From an uncultured Thermotogae bacterium (GTDB lineage: Bacteria > Bipolaricaulota > Bipolaricaulia > UBA7950 > UBA9294), in the NCBI GenBank assembly GCA_964602385.1, contig CAZRQM010000001.1, forward strand, positions 12,888-38,905: a stretch of 26,018 nt of DNA, in the 5' to 3' direction. The translations under genes were made by a program, and so were the position numbers. Below are positions 15,574 to 24,789 of the stretch, piece by piece. The number at the start of each line of letters is the position of its first letter. The first letter of the stretch is position 1. The notes below the pieces were generated by a model. That model saw only the letters and a program-made list of their open reading frames with translations, was not told the origin of the DNA and searched no databases.

Positions 15574-16014
15574 ATGATGGTTAGGGATATCGAGGGTATA
15601 CGTAAGGCACTGCCCCTGCGCTATCCCTACCTGATGATCGATCGGATACTGCGCGAGGAAGAAGGGCTCGTCGTCGCGTTGAAGAACGTGACGATCAATG
15701 AGCCCTTCTTCCAGGGACACTTTCCCGAGCCGCTCCCGGCAGTGATGCCGGGGACGCTCATCCTGGAAGCGATGGCTCAAACCGCCGCCTTCCTCCTGGC
15801 ACGGGACATGCGGGGAGAGGGGTACCTCGTGGGGGTGGACGAGGCTCGCTTCCGCAGGAAGGTGGTCCCGGGCGATCGTCTGATCCTCACGGCACGCGTG
15901 CTAAGGATGCGAACCGGGCTAGTGAAGGCGCAAGTGGAGGCGAGGGTCGATGATGAACTGGCGGCATCGGCGGTCATCTCGCTTGTTGCATCGGTGAAAG
16001 ACGATGTGGGATGA
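15574..16014 (+). CDS. fabZ: 3-hydroxyacyl-ACP dehydratase
   Basis: LPLRYPYLMIDRI; KNVTINEPFFQGHFP...MPGTLILEAMAQ (catalytic His/Glu retained); ARFRRKVVPGDRL. Confidence 0.95.
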   Translation: MMVRDIEGIRKALPLRYPYLMIDRILREEEGLVVALKNVTINEPFFQGHFPEPLPAVMPGTLILEAMAQTAAFLLARDMRGEGYLVGVDEARFRRKVVPGDRLILTARVLRMRTGLVKAQVEARVDDELAASAVISLVASVKDDVG

Positions 16015-16918
16015 GTTAATCGAGTGCGTGCCCAATATCAGCGAGGGGCGCCGTCGCAAGGTTGCGGAATCGATCGCCTACTCCGCCGACGGCCCTGGCC
16101 GTAAGATGATCGATCTAAGCATGGATCCCGACCACAACCGGTCGGTGATCACCATCGTCGGGCAGCCGAAGGGTCTCCTGGAAGGAGTGCTCGCCCTCGC
16201 AAAGAAGGCATCCGAGCTGATCGACCTGAACGTACACCATGGCGAGCACCCGCGTATGGGCGCGGTCGATGTCATCCCGTTCATCCCCGTACGCGGGGTA
16301 ACGATGGCTGATTGCATTGCCCTATCTCGCCGCGTCGGTGAGCGTATCGCCGTGGACCTGAAGATCCCGGTCTACCTGTACGAGGAGTCGGCGACGAGTG
16401 AGCCCCGGCGGAATCTGGCGGCGATCAGGAAGGGGGAATTTGAGGGCTTCGCGGAGAAGATCACCCGTCCCGAGTGGCGGCCCGACTTCGGTGAAGCGAA
16501 GATCCATCCCACGGCCGGTGTTGTCGCTGTCGGTGCGCGAGAGTTCCTCATCGCCTACAACATCGACCTCGCTACATCCGACCTTTCTGTAGCAAAGGAG
16601 ATCGCGCGCGCGGTCCGTTTCTCGAGCGGCGGCCTGCGCTACGTGAAGGCGCTCGGCTTCTCCTTGGCTGAGAGGGGGATCGTGCAGGTGTCGATGAACC
16701 TGACCAACTTCAAGAAGACGCCGATCCTCCCCGTATTCGAGTTCGTCAAGCGCGAGGCGGAGCGACGCGGGGTGATGGTCGTTGGAAGCGAGATCGTGGG
16801 GACGGTTCCGCGTCAGGCATTGTACAATGTTGCCCAAATGGCGCTACGGATAAGCGGATTCTCTGATGATCTCATCTTGGAAGAACGAATCGAGGACGCG
16901 CTCAGTGAGGATCGCTGA
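16004..16918 (+). CDS. ftcD: Glutamate formiminotransferase (FTCD N-terminal-type, stand-alone)
   Basis: LIECVPNISEGRR; DPDHNRSVIT; IDLNVHHGEHPRMGAVDVIPFIP; PVYLYEESA; IRKGEF; PDFG..KIHPTAGVVAVGAREFLIAYN; VQVSMNL. Confidence 0.92.
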   Translation: MWDELIECVPNISEGRRRKVAESIAYSADGPGRKMIDLSMDPDHNRSVITIVGQPKGLLEGVLALAKKASELIDLNVHHGEHPRMGAVDVIPFIPVRGVTMADCIALSRRVGERIAVDLKIPVYLYEESATSEPRRNLAAIRKGEFEGFAEKITRPEWRPDFGEAKIHPTAGVVAVGAREFLIAYNIDLATSDLSVAKEIARAVRFSSGGLRYVKALGFSLAERGIVQVSMNLTNFKKTPILPVFEFVKREAERRGVMVVGSEIVGTVPRQALYNVAQMALRISGFSDDLILEERIEDALSEDR

Positions 16919-18200
16919 GCGAAACGTCGAGCGCGTCACCGTCCTCGGCTATGGCCGCACCGGCCGTGCCGTGGCAGCGTATCTTCATGAGCACGGCGTG
17001 GGGGTGTTTGTGAGCGACAGCGCCGTTCTGACCGACGCTGATAAACAGTCCCTAGCCAGATATGGGATCCCTTACGAACAGGGCGGCCATACGCTGCAGG
17101 CGCTGCATGGAACTGATCTGATCGTCCTCAGTCCGGGGATTAGGTCGGACGTGCCAATCTTGCAGGAGGCAAGAGAGCTTTCCATCCCGATCCTCTCCGA
17201 GCTCGATCTTTCCTTCTCTCTCAACCCCGATGTACCGCTTGTAGCGGTCACCGGGACGAACGGGAAGAGTACGACGGTGAAGCTCATCGAGGCGATACTC
17301 AGGCAGAGAGGGCTAAACGCGGTTGCCGCGGGGAATATCGGCCTTCCGGTCATCACGCTCGTTGACGACCCACCGGATGTGGTGGTGCTTGAAGTGAGCA
17401 GTTTCCAACTCGAACAGAGCAGCATCTTTCGCCCGCACGTCGCCTGCCTGTTGAACATCGCCCCCGATCACTTAGAGCGGCACGGTACGATGGATAACTA
17501 CATCGCGGCCAAGGCAAGCCTGTTCGAACGCCAGACCGCCTCCGACCTTGCGATCATCGAGCGCGACTCGCGCATATCATCCGTGAACCTGGCGGCAAGG
17601 AAAGTGTTCTTTGAAGACATCGTCCTCCCACGGGAAGCATTCGTTGACTCCCTCGCCCCGCACAATCGCGCTAACCTGCAGGCGGCGATTGCTTGCTGTC
17701 GTGGGATACTGCCCGCGCTCGACGCAGATCAGATCGACCTACCGGGGCTAGAAGACGCATTCCATCTCCCGTTTCGCCTGCAGCGGGAGGAGACGATTGG
17801 GCAGGTGCGCGTGATCAACGATTCAAAGTCGACTAACGCCGCCTCTGCGATCACAGCGCTTGAAAGCGTCGACGGCCCGTGCGTGCTCATCCTCGGGGGA
17901 AGGCACAAGGGAGCGGGGTACGACGCCCTTGCACGCGCCATAGTGGGGCGCGATGTCCAGCGCGTGGTTCTATTCGGCGAAGGGGCCCCATTGCTGAAAT
18001 CGACGCTGAGTGATGTTGGTTACACTGAAATGACCGTTTGTTCTACACTAGATCGCGCACTCAAACTTGCTCTGCAAGAAGCGCGGGACGGTGATACCGT
18101 GCTCTTCTCCCCCGCGTGCTCAAGTTACGACCAGTACGGGAATTACATCGAACGCGGGGAGGATTTCTCCCGCCTTACCAAATCTTTTTTGGGCCATTAG
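16905..18200 (+). CDS. murD: UDP-N-acetylmuramoyl-L-alanine--D-glutamate ligase
   Basis: VLGYGRTG; VLSPGI; VTGTNGKSTT; LEVSSFQL; LNIAPDHLERH; INDSKSTN; FSPACSSYDQY..Y.ERG. GTG 16905 with a GAGGA SD, overlapping the ftcD end by 14 nt. Confidence 0.95.
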   Translation: MRIAERNVERVTVLGYGRTGRAVAAYLHEHGVGVFVSDSAVLTDADKQSLARYGIPYEQGGHTLQALHGTDLIVLSPGIRSDVPILQEARELSIPILSELDLSFSLNPDVPLVAVTGTNGKSTTVKLIEAILRQRGLNAVAAGNIGLPVITLVDDPPDVVVLEVSSFQLEQSSIFRPHVACLLNIAPDHLERHGTMDNYIAAKASLFERQTASDLAIIERDSRISSVNLAARKVFFEDIVLPREAFVDSLAPHNRANLQAAIACCRGILPALDADQIDLPGLEDAFHLPFRLQREETIGQVRVINDSKSTNAASAITALESVDGPCVLILGGRHKGAGYDALARAIVGRDVQRVVLFGEGAPLLKSTLSDVGYTEMTVCSTLDRALKLALQEARDGDTVLFSPACSSYDQYGNYIERGEDFSRLTKSFLGH

Positions 18201-18349
18201 TCATCATCATCTTGAAGTCACACGTCCCAAGACAATAACGCGAATTCTCACCCCTGCCCCGACATCCTTCCTTTCGTCCGGGGGACAACTGCCGTATTCA
18301 TTGGGAGTATCAACAATCGCGACATGGCATGGCGGACAAGGAGACATAA

Positions 18350-19432
18350 GTGGACGGACGAATCGATCGGGGAATCATGCTTTCGGCCGCACTCCTCTTG
18401 CTTTTCGGGCTGGTGATGGTCTACAGCGCCAGTGCCCCCTTCTCCCTGCGTTACTACGGGACGGACACCCATATGCTCGTGCGGCAACTCATCGCTGCGC
18501 TGCTCGGGATTGGCTTTCTCGTGTTGTTCAGCTACATCGACTATCACCACCTGCAGCAACTCGATGACATCCTCCTCCTCGGCGCTTTCGCCCTAACGTT
18601 CCTCACCATCCTTCCGTTGCACGGGATCAGTGACGGCCGCTGGTTGCACGTCGGTCCACTCGTGATACAGCCAACCGAGGTTCTCAAGTTCGCGCTCATT
18701 GCCTATCTGGCTGCGACGATCACGCGAAAGAAGGATTCCATTAGTTCATTCGTCGACGGCGTGCTGCCGTTCATCGTCGTGCTGCTCGTGATCGCCGCGG
18801 TGACCATGAATCAACCGGACTTTGGCATGACACTTATCTTCGCCGCGCTGACCGCGGTGATGCTCTTCGTCGGCGGGGTCCGTACGACGCACCTGCTGGG
18901 AGTGGGAATTGCAAGCATCCCATTCATCTTCCTCGCCGTGCGCATCGCCCCGTACCGGCTGGCGCGCATCCTCTCGTTCTTGAACCCGAATGACTACAGC
19001 ACATCTTCCGGGTATCAGACGATTCAATCGCTCGTCGCGATCGGCTCCGGCGGGGTGATCGGGCGAGGCCTCGGGGCGTCGCGGGCGAAGCTCTTCTATC
19101 TGCCACAGGCGCAGAGTGACTTTATCTTCTCTGTGACTGCAGAAGAGCTGGGACTGATCGGTGCGCTCATCCTCATCGCGCTCTATGTGGTCTTCGCCTG
19201 GCGTGCGTTCGTCATCTCGCGCAGCGCTCCGGATCAATTTGGGAAGCTACTCGCATTTGGAATCGGATTTGCCATTGCTTTTCAGGTTCTTCTCAATCTA
19301 GGTGTTGCCACCGGCCTTCTGCCGGTGACCGGACTCACGCTCCCGTTCATCAGCAACGGTGGATCGTCGCTCTTCGTCACACTAGCGATGGTCGGGGTGC
19401 TAGCCAATATCTCCAAGCAAGGAGGGAACTGA
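18350..19432 (+). CDS. ftsW: SEDS family peptidoglycan polymerase FtsW
   Basis: GLVMVYSAS; RWL..GPL.IQPTEVLK; QPDFGMT; GYQTIQS..AIGSGG..GRG; LPQAQSDFIFS; LPVTGLTLPFISNGGSS. Located between murD and murG. Confidence 0.93.
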   Translation: MDGRIDRGIMLSAALLLLFGLVMVYSASAPFSLRYYGTDTHMLVRQLIAALLGIGFLVLFSYIDYHHLQQLDDILLLGAFALTFLTILPLHGISDGRWLHVGPLVIQPTEVLKFALIAYLAATITRKKDSISSFVDGVLPFIVVLLVIAAVTMNQPDFGMTLIFAALTAVMLFVGGVRTTHLLGVGIASIPFIFLAVRIAPYRLARILSFLNPNDYSTSSGYQTIQSLVAIGSGGVIGRGLGASRAKLFYLPQAQSDFIFSVTAEELGLIGALILIALYVVFAWRAFVISRSAPDQFGKLLAFGIGFAIAFQVLLNLGVATGLLPVTGLTLPFISNGGSSLFVTLAMVGVLANISKQGGN

Positions 19433-20559
19433 TGCGTGTATTGATTGCTGGCGGAGGGACCGGGGGGCATTTCTATCCTGCACTCGCGGTAATGGAGGAG
19501 TTCGCCAGGCGTAAGAGTGGGGTCAAGCTGGCGTACGTCGGCACAAAACGCGGGATCGAGGCGCGTGTCCTTCCCTCATATCCCTGGATCTCATTCTTCC
19601 CGATCCACGTGCGCGGGCTTGAACGGGGGAACATCCTCCAGAACCTGCGCGCCCTCTCTCTCCTCGCCATTTCTTTTGTGGAAGCATTGATCATCCTCCT
19701 GCGCTTTCGCCCACAAGTTGTGATCGGGATGGGCGGATACGCGTCGTTCCCCTCGGTCCTCCTCGCTTCCATCTTGGGAAAGATCCTTCCAATGCGGACG
19801 GTCATCCACGAACAGAATGCCGTTGCTGGCTTGACGAACAGGATACTCGCGCATTTTGTAGACAAGGTCCTAATCTCATACCCACAGACGAGGGATCAGC
19901 TTCCCGCAGCACGCAACATCGTTACAACTGGGAACCCAATCCGCAGCGAGTTCCTCCTCGCCAAGCGCACGCGCGCTGCTTACGAACGCTTCGGCCTCTC
20001 TCCCGAAAAGAGGACCGTTCTCGTTTTTGGTGGCTCAAACGGGTCTCTTGCGCTGACAAACGCCATTCGCCAGGCACGGGGCCAGATCGCCAGAAACAAG
20101 GACATGCAGGTCCTCCTCGTTACTGGGCAGAGCGTTGATACCTCAGTGATCGAGTCGGAGTTTATGGCTGCAGGCGTGACGAACATCGTCGTCAAGAGGT
20201 ACATCGAGCGTATGGGGGAGGCGTTCGCCATCGCCGATCTCATCGTCTCTCGCGCCGGGGCAACAACCCTGGCTGAGATTACGTCCTGCGGGAAGCCGTC
20301 AGTGCTCATTCCGTGGGCAGGGGCGGCCGATGGACACCAATGGGAGAACGCGCGTGTGCTAAACGATGAGCATGCTTGCACTATTATGGGTGAGGATGAT
20401 ATCCTAGACAGACGCTTAGCACGGCTGATCGAGCAGATGGTGAAAGATGAACAGGGGCTTAATTCAATGGCACAGAATTCGATGCGCATGGGGTGCAGAC
20501 ACGCGGCTGCGTCGATGCTCGGTGAGATAATGGTTCTCGTTGGGGGGGCACGAACTTGA
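19432..20559 (+). CDS. murG: Undecaprenyl-PP-MurNAc-pentapeptide GlcNAc transferase
   Basis: AGGGTGGHFYP; GMGGYAS; HEQN; TGNPIR; FGGSNG; SRAGATTLAE; HQWENA. Confidence 0.96.
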   Translation: MRVLIAGGGTGGHFYPALAVMEEFARRKSGVKLAYVGTKRGIEARVLPSYPWISFFPIHVRGLERGNILQNLRALSLLAISFVEALIILLRFRPQVVIGMGGYASFPSVLLASILGKILPMRTVIHEQNAVAGLTNRILAHFVDKVLISYPQTRDQLPAARNIVTTGNPIRSEFLLAKRTRAAYERFGLSPEKRTVLVFGGSNGSLALTNAIRQARGQIARNKDMQVLLVTGQSVDTSVIESEFMAAGVTNIVVKRYIERMGEAFAIADLIVSRAGATTLAEITSCGKPSVLIPWAGAADGHQWENARVLNDEHACTIMGEDDILDRRLARLIEQMVKDEQGLNSMAQNSMRMGCRHAAASMLGEIMVLVGGART

Positions 20560-21935
20560 TCAGCAATCGCAAGCGTTACCACTTTGTCGGGATAGCTGGC
20601 GCAGGGATGAGCGGCCTTGCCGCGTTTATGCTCGCTGGAGGGTGCAGGGTCTCCGGATCTGACCTGCGCGAGAATGCGGAGACACAATGCCTGCAGCGTG
20701 CTGGAGCGGCGATTCACATCGGGCACGATCCGACTCTCGTAAATGAGGACATCGATGAGGTGGTTGTTTCATCGGCAATCACCCCGGAGAACGTGGAGAT
20801 ACAGACGGCGCGCAAACTCAATCTTCCAGTAGTGCATCGACTGCACGCGTTGGCCGCCGTCCTTAGCGGCTACACCAGCATTGGCGTTGCCGGGACACAC
20901 GGGAAGACGACGACCACGGCGATGACAGCGACAATCCTGCGCAATACAGGCAGAGACCCGAGCTATCTCATTGGCGCTCACTGCCCCGGACTGGGGGGCA
21001 ACTCCCATCTTGGATCGGGGGAGCTGTTCGTCAGCGAGATCGACGAGAGCGATGGCCTCTTCCTCGCCATCCGTCCGACGATCGCTGTTCTCAACAATAT
21101 CGGGCGTGATCACCTAGGAACCTACCATACCCTGGAAGCGATTAAGGAGAGCTTCAAACACTATGTTCTGCAGGCACAAAGTTCAGTCCTGGCGATCGAC
21201 GATTCAAACGTGCGCGGGTTTTCCGATGATCTTCCCTCCGCGCTCACGGTGGGCGTGCATCCGGATGCGGATCTGCGCGCGGTCAACATCTCGCACTACC
21301 ACTTCCACACAATGTTCGACCTCACGTACCACGGAAAGGACGTCGCGAGTGTATTTCTCCCCGCACCGGGGGACCACAACGTGCGAAACGCCCTTTGCGC
21401 AATCGGCGCGGCGAAACTCGCCGGTGTGCCGCTTGTTGATGCTGCGCATGCTCTTGCTGACTTTCAGCTTCCGAAGCGCCGTTTCCAGCTTCTGGAAGAG
21501 AATGGGGTGACCGTTGTCGATGACTACGCCCACCTTCCGGAGGAGATTGAGGCTACCCTGCAGGCGATCTGCTCAGGGTGGACGAACCGGAGGATCGTTG
21601 CTGTCTTTCAGCCGCACCGCTACACGCGCACGCAGACAATCGGGAGTGAATTCGGGGCCGCGTTCCGCCTGGCGGATACCGTCGTTGTCACACCAATCTA
21701 TCCCGCTCACGAGACTCCGATTCCAGGTGTTACCTCACAGAGCATCGTCGATTCGATCGCGCGAAGAACCGGGAACGCCCCCCTCCTCATGCACAGCAAG
21801 GAAGAGGTTCTCTCCTTTCTTAAGGGGTACATCGAGCCGGGTGACTTCATCATCAGCTTCGGAGCGGGTGACATATGGACGGTGACAACAAGCCTGTCGC
21901 GTTTCCTCAAGGAAGGAAGCTTCTGCACCGCGTAG
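20556..21935 (+). CDS. murC: UDP-N-acetylmuramate--L-alanine ligase
   Basis: HFVGIAGAGMSGLA; VSGSD; GVAGTHGKTTTTAM; EIDESDG; GDHNVRNA; DDYAH; FQPHRYTRT. TTG start overlaps the murG stop. Confidence 0.96.
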   Translation: MISNRKRYHFVGIAGAGMSGLAAFMLAGGCRVSGSDLRENAETQCLQRAGAAIHIGHDPTLVNEDIDEVVVSSAITPENVEIQTARKLNLPVVHRLHALAAVLSGYTSIGVAGTHGKTTTTAMTATILRNTGRDPSYLIGAHCPGLGGNSHLGSGELFVSEIDESDGLFLAIRPTIAVLNNIGRDHLGTYHTLEAIKESFKHYVLQAQSSVLAIDDSNVRGFSDDLPSALTVGVHPDADLRAVNISHYHFHTMFDLTYHGKDVASVFLPAPGDHNVRNALCAIGAAKLAGVPLVDAAHALADFQLPKRRFQLLEENGVTVVDDYAHLPEEIEATLQAICSGWTNRRIVAVFQPHRYTRTQTIGSEFGAAFRLADTVVVTPIYPAHETPIPGVTSQSIVDSIARRTGNAPLLMHSKEEVLSFLKGYIEPGDFIISFGAGDIWTVTTSLSRFLKEGSFCTA

Positions 21936-22813
21936 AGGATTTGCCTGCGAGCCTGAAATCTCTCCTCGGTGAGCTGCGAATTGATGAGCTGTTGTCTCCT
22001 CACACAACAATCATGGTAGGCGGTCCTGCCAAAGCGTTCTTCATCCCCGCAAGCAAAGATTCTCTTGTCGAGGCAATCAGCATCAGCCGCGACCACCACG
22101 TGCCGTACCTCATCCTCGGCAAAGGCTCCAATCTTCTCTTTGCAGACAGCGGGTATCGCGGCCTGGTCATTTCCACCGAACGGCTCACCGCGTCCACGGT
22201 GAGCGACGGGTGTGTATCTGCTGAATGCGGCACGCCGCTTGCGACGCTCATCTCTGAGACTAATGCGCGCGAGATTCATTCTCTCGACTTCCTTGCTGGA
22301 ATACCCGGAAGCCTGGGGGGAGCGCTTGCCATGAACGCAGGGATCCCCACGCGGTCGATTGGGCAGATCGTAGAGGAGGTCATGGTGCTCTCCAGGGACG
22401 GCACACGGGTGTCCATTGATACGGACGCGTGTGGATTCTCCTACCGGGCGAGCGTGCTCCTAGAAGAACGCCTTCCCATTCTGGAGGCGCAGCTTCGCCT
22501 TGACGGAGAAGAATTCGACCGCGCTCAGCTCCTCGCCCAGCGTGCGCGCACACAGCCGCACGCTTTCCCCAGCGCTGGATGTGCCTTCAAGAACCCAGTT
22601 GGGCGCTGTGCAGGGGAGTTGATCGAGCACGCCGGCTTGAAGGGATTTCGCGTGGGAATGGCCAAGGTGTCTGACATACACGCCAACTTTATTATCAACT
22701 TGGGCGGGGCGAGCAGCGCTGAGATCCGCAAATTAATTGACATTGTGCGCCAAAAGGTGTATAAAAGTTTCCATATCTTGCTTGACTTGGAGATTGAGGT
22801 CGTTGACGGGTGA
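21875..22813 (+). CDS. murB: UDP-N-acetylenolpyruvoylglucosamine reductase
   Basis: HTTIMVGGPA; LGKGSNLL; GIPGSLGGALAMNAG; FSYRAS; PSAGCAFKNP; HANFIINLG. Start is uncertain: ATG 21875 overlaps murC by 61 nt, and TTG 21941 is an alternative. Confidence 0.94.
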   Translation: MDGDNKPVAFPQGRKLLHRVEDLPASLKSLLGELRIDELLSPHTTIMVGGPAKAFFIPASKDSLVEAISISRDHHVPYLILGKGSNLLFADSGYRGLVISTERLTASTVSDGCVSAECGTPLATLISETNAREIHSLDFLAGIPGSLGGALAMNAGIPTRSIGQIVEEVMVLSRDGTRVSIDTDACGFSYRASVLLEERLPILEAQLRLDGEEFDRAQLLAQRARTQPHAFPSAGCAFKNPVGRCAGELIEHAGLKGFRVGMAKVSDIHANFIINLGGASSAEIRKLIDIVRQKVYKSFHILLDLEIEVVDG

Positions 22814-23553
22814 AAGAGGGGGAACCGAAAAGTGCCGTACGTTGGGCTGCCGTCATAGGGGGGATTCTTATCGCTGCTGCCATCATCGCCCTGTATACAC
22901 CTTGGGTGCGCATCTTTGATCTGCGGAAGATTGTAGTAAAAGGTAACTACTACACGTCTGCCGCGGAAATCAAAGATGGCTCCGGTATAGAGGACAGAGT
23001 GAATCTACTGCGCGCTCCGCTCAAACAAGCGCGGACTTTGCTATCGCAACTTCCCTGGATAATGGATGCATCGTTTCGCAGAATCCTTCCGCATACACTT
23101 GAGATCACCGTCTGCGAGCGGAACCCGATCGCCCTTGTAGTTGATCCCAGCAACGCGAGTCGACTGATGGTCCTCGGAGAAGACGGGGTGATCGTTGGCT
23201 ACGCAAAGAACGCTAGTTTAGACTTCATTCGCATAGGTGGAATGGCGATTGCTAGCACTCCCTCGGGAAAGAGAGTGGTCGATACGGATGTAGTGCAAAC
23301 AGTCGCCTACCTACTCAAGCGAGGCCTGAAGAGAGATCTTTTCCCGCGTATTGACTTCTCGGACTCAAGCGCGGTCACCATGTACACAGTTGATGAGGGG
23401 GAGATAGTCCTCGGTCCGTTGAGTGAGATTGAGGATCGAATCGACGAGCTGACAGCGCTGCTGGATACGATTGATCTTGCGAGCTATCAGACGATAGATC
23501 TTAGATTTGGGGGTGAGGCGAGACTTGTGCCCCGTAAGGTGGTGAACCGATGA
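22810..23553 (+). CDS. ftsQ: Cell division protein FtsQ/DivIB
   Basis: Short cytoplasmic N-terminus, one TM, POTRA (IVVKGNYY...LPWIMDASFRRILPHTLEITVCER), C-terminal IDLRF. Lies between murB and ftsA. Confidence 0.88.
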   Translation: MKEGEPKSAVRWAAVIGGILIAAAIIALYTPWVRIFDLRKIVVKGNYYTSAAEIKDGSGIEDRVNLLRAPLKQARTLLSQLPWIMDASFRRILPHTLEITVCERNPIALVVDPSNASRLMVLGEDGVIVGYAKNASLDFIRIGGMAIASTPSGKRVVDTDVVQTVAYLLKRGLKRDLFPRIDFSDSSAVTMYTVDEGEIVLGPLSEIEDRIDELTALLDTIDLASYQTIDLRFGGEARLVPRKVVNR

Positions 23554-24782
23554 GAAAGGAAAGAGTGGTGGTCGGCCTTGATGTGGGGACGACCAAAGTC
23601 GTTGCTTTGGTTGGAAACGTGGCCGATGGAATGATCGAGATCATCGGCATGGGAAAGGCGGAATCGCACGGGTTGGACAAGGGTGTGGTCGTCGATATCG
23701 GTCGCACGATCTCTTCTATACGCAAGGCACTTGAAGAGGCGGAGAATATGGCCGATGTCAAGATAAGCTCAGTCTATGTGGGCATCGCAGGCAAACACAT
23801 CAATTCAATCAACAATAGCGGTACCGTGTCGATCAACCGCCCCGATCGCATCATCACGAATGATGATATCCATCGGGTCGTGGAGACGGCGCAGGCGATC
23901 CAGCTCCCGCCTGCGAGCGAGATGATCCATGTCATCCCGCGACAGTATATTGTGGACGGACAGGACGGGATCACTGACCCCGTTGGGATGACGGGAACGC
24001 GCCTTGAGGTCGATGTGCACATCGTCACCGGGGCGATCACCGCTGTGCACAATCTCGTCCGCTGCGTTGAAGCTCTCGACATTGGGATCGAACAGATCGT
24101 TCTGGAGCCGATCGCCTCAGCCCTGGCGGTACTCTCGTCGGCGGAGAAGGAGCTCGGCGTTATCCTGATGGACATTGGTGGAGGCACGACGGACATCAGC
24201 GTCTTCCGCGGTGGCGATATCTGGTTCTCCAAGGTCATCCCCATTGCCGGTGAGCACATCACCAACGACATCACCGTCGGTTTGCAGACTCCGATCGAAG
24301 AGGCTGAACTGATCAAGAAACAGGCGGGGACGGCGTTAGTAGATAGTGTTGGCGAGGATGAGAAGATTGAGGTGGCGACGATAGGCGGCGACGAGAAAAA
24401 AACCGTCTCCAAGAAGAAGCTCGCCAAGATCATTGAGCCGCGCGTTGAGGAACTCCTCGATCTGGCGATGCAAGAGGTGGAAGATGCCGGCTATCGGGAC
24501 CTTGTCCCCGCTGGCCTGGTACTCACTGGAGGAACGTCTCTCCTGGATGGAATAGTGGAGTTTGCTCAGCATCGCTACGGGATAGCCGTACGCCGTGGGA
24601 AGATTCCGCAAGGGATACATGGGTTGCGCGATATCGTTGAGTCGCCGATCTACGCTACGTCGATCGGCCTGTTGCGTTATGCTGTGGAGACCAAGGACTT
24701 TTCAAAGCGGCGATATGAACGGAAGAAGGCATCATTGATCAACAAACTCTTCTCATGGTTCAATAGCTTCTTCCGGGGGTAG
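23550..24782 (+). CDS. ftsA: Cell division protein FtsA
   Basis: GLDVGTTKV; GLDKGVVVDI; VYVGIAG; PVGMTGTRLEVDVH; MDIGGGTTD; VLTGGTSLLDG; C-terminal amphipathic helix LINKLFSWFNSFF. Confidence 0.98.
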   Translation: MRKERVVVGLDVGTTKVVALVGNVADGMIEIIGMGKAESHGLDKGVVVDIGRTISSIRKALEEAENMADVKISSVYVGIAGKHINSINNSGTVSINRPDRIITNDDIHRVVETAQAIQLPPASEMIHVIPRQYIVDGQDGITDPVGMTGTRLEVDVHIVTGAITAVHNLVRCVEALDIGIEQIVLEPIASALAVLSSAEKELGVILMDIGGGTTDISVFRGGDIWFSKVIPIAGEHITNDITVGLQTPIEEAELIKKQAGTALVDSVGEDEKIEVATIGGDEKKTVSKKKLAKIIEPRVEELLDLAMQEVEDAGYRDLVPAGLVLTGGTSLLDGIVEFAQHRYGIAVRRGKIPQGIHGLRDIVESPIYATSIGLLRYAVETKDFSKRRYERKKASLINKLFSWFNSFFRG

Positions 24783-24789
24783 AAGGGGA

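Noticed and set aside
15610-15630. FabZ LPLRYP instead of LPHRYP as a sign of inactivation
   Set aside because: The catalytic His (GHFP) and Glu (LILEAMAQ) are intact, so the enzyme is probably active.
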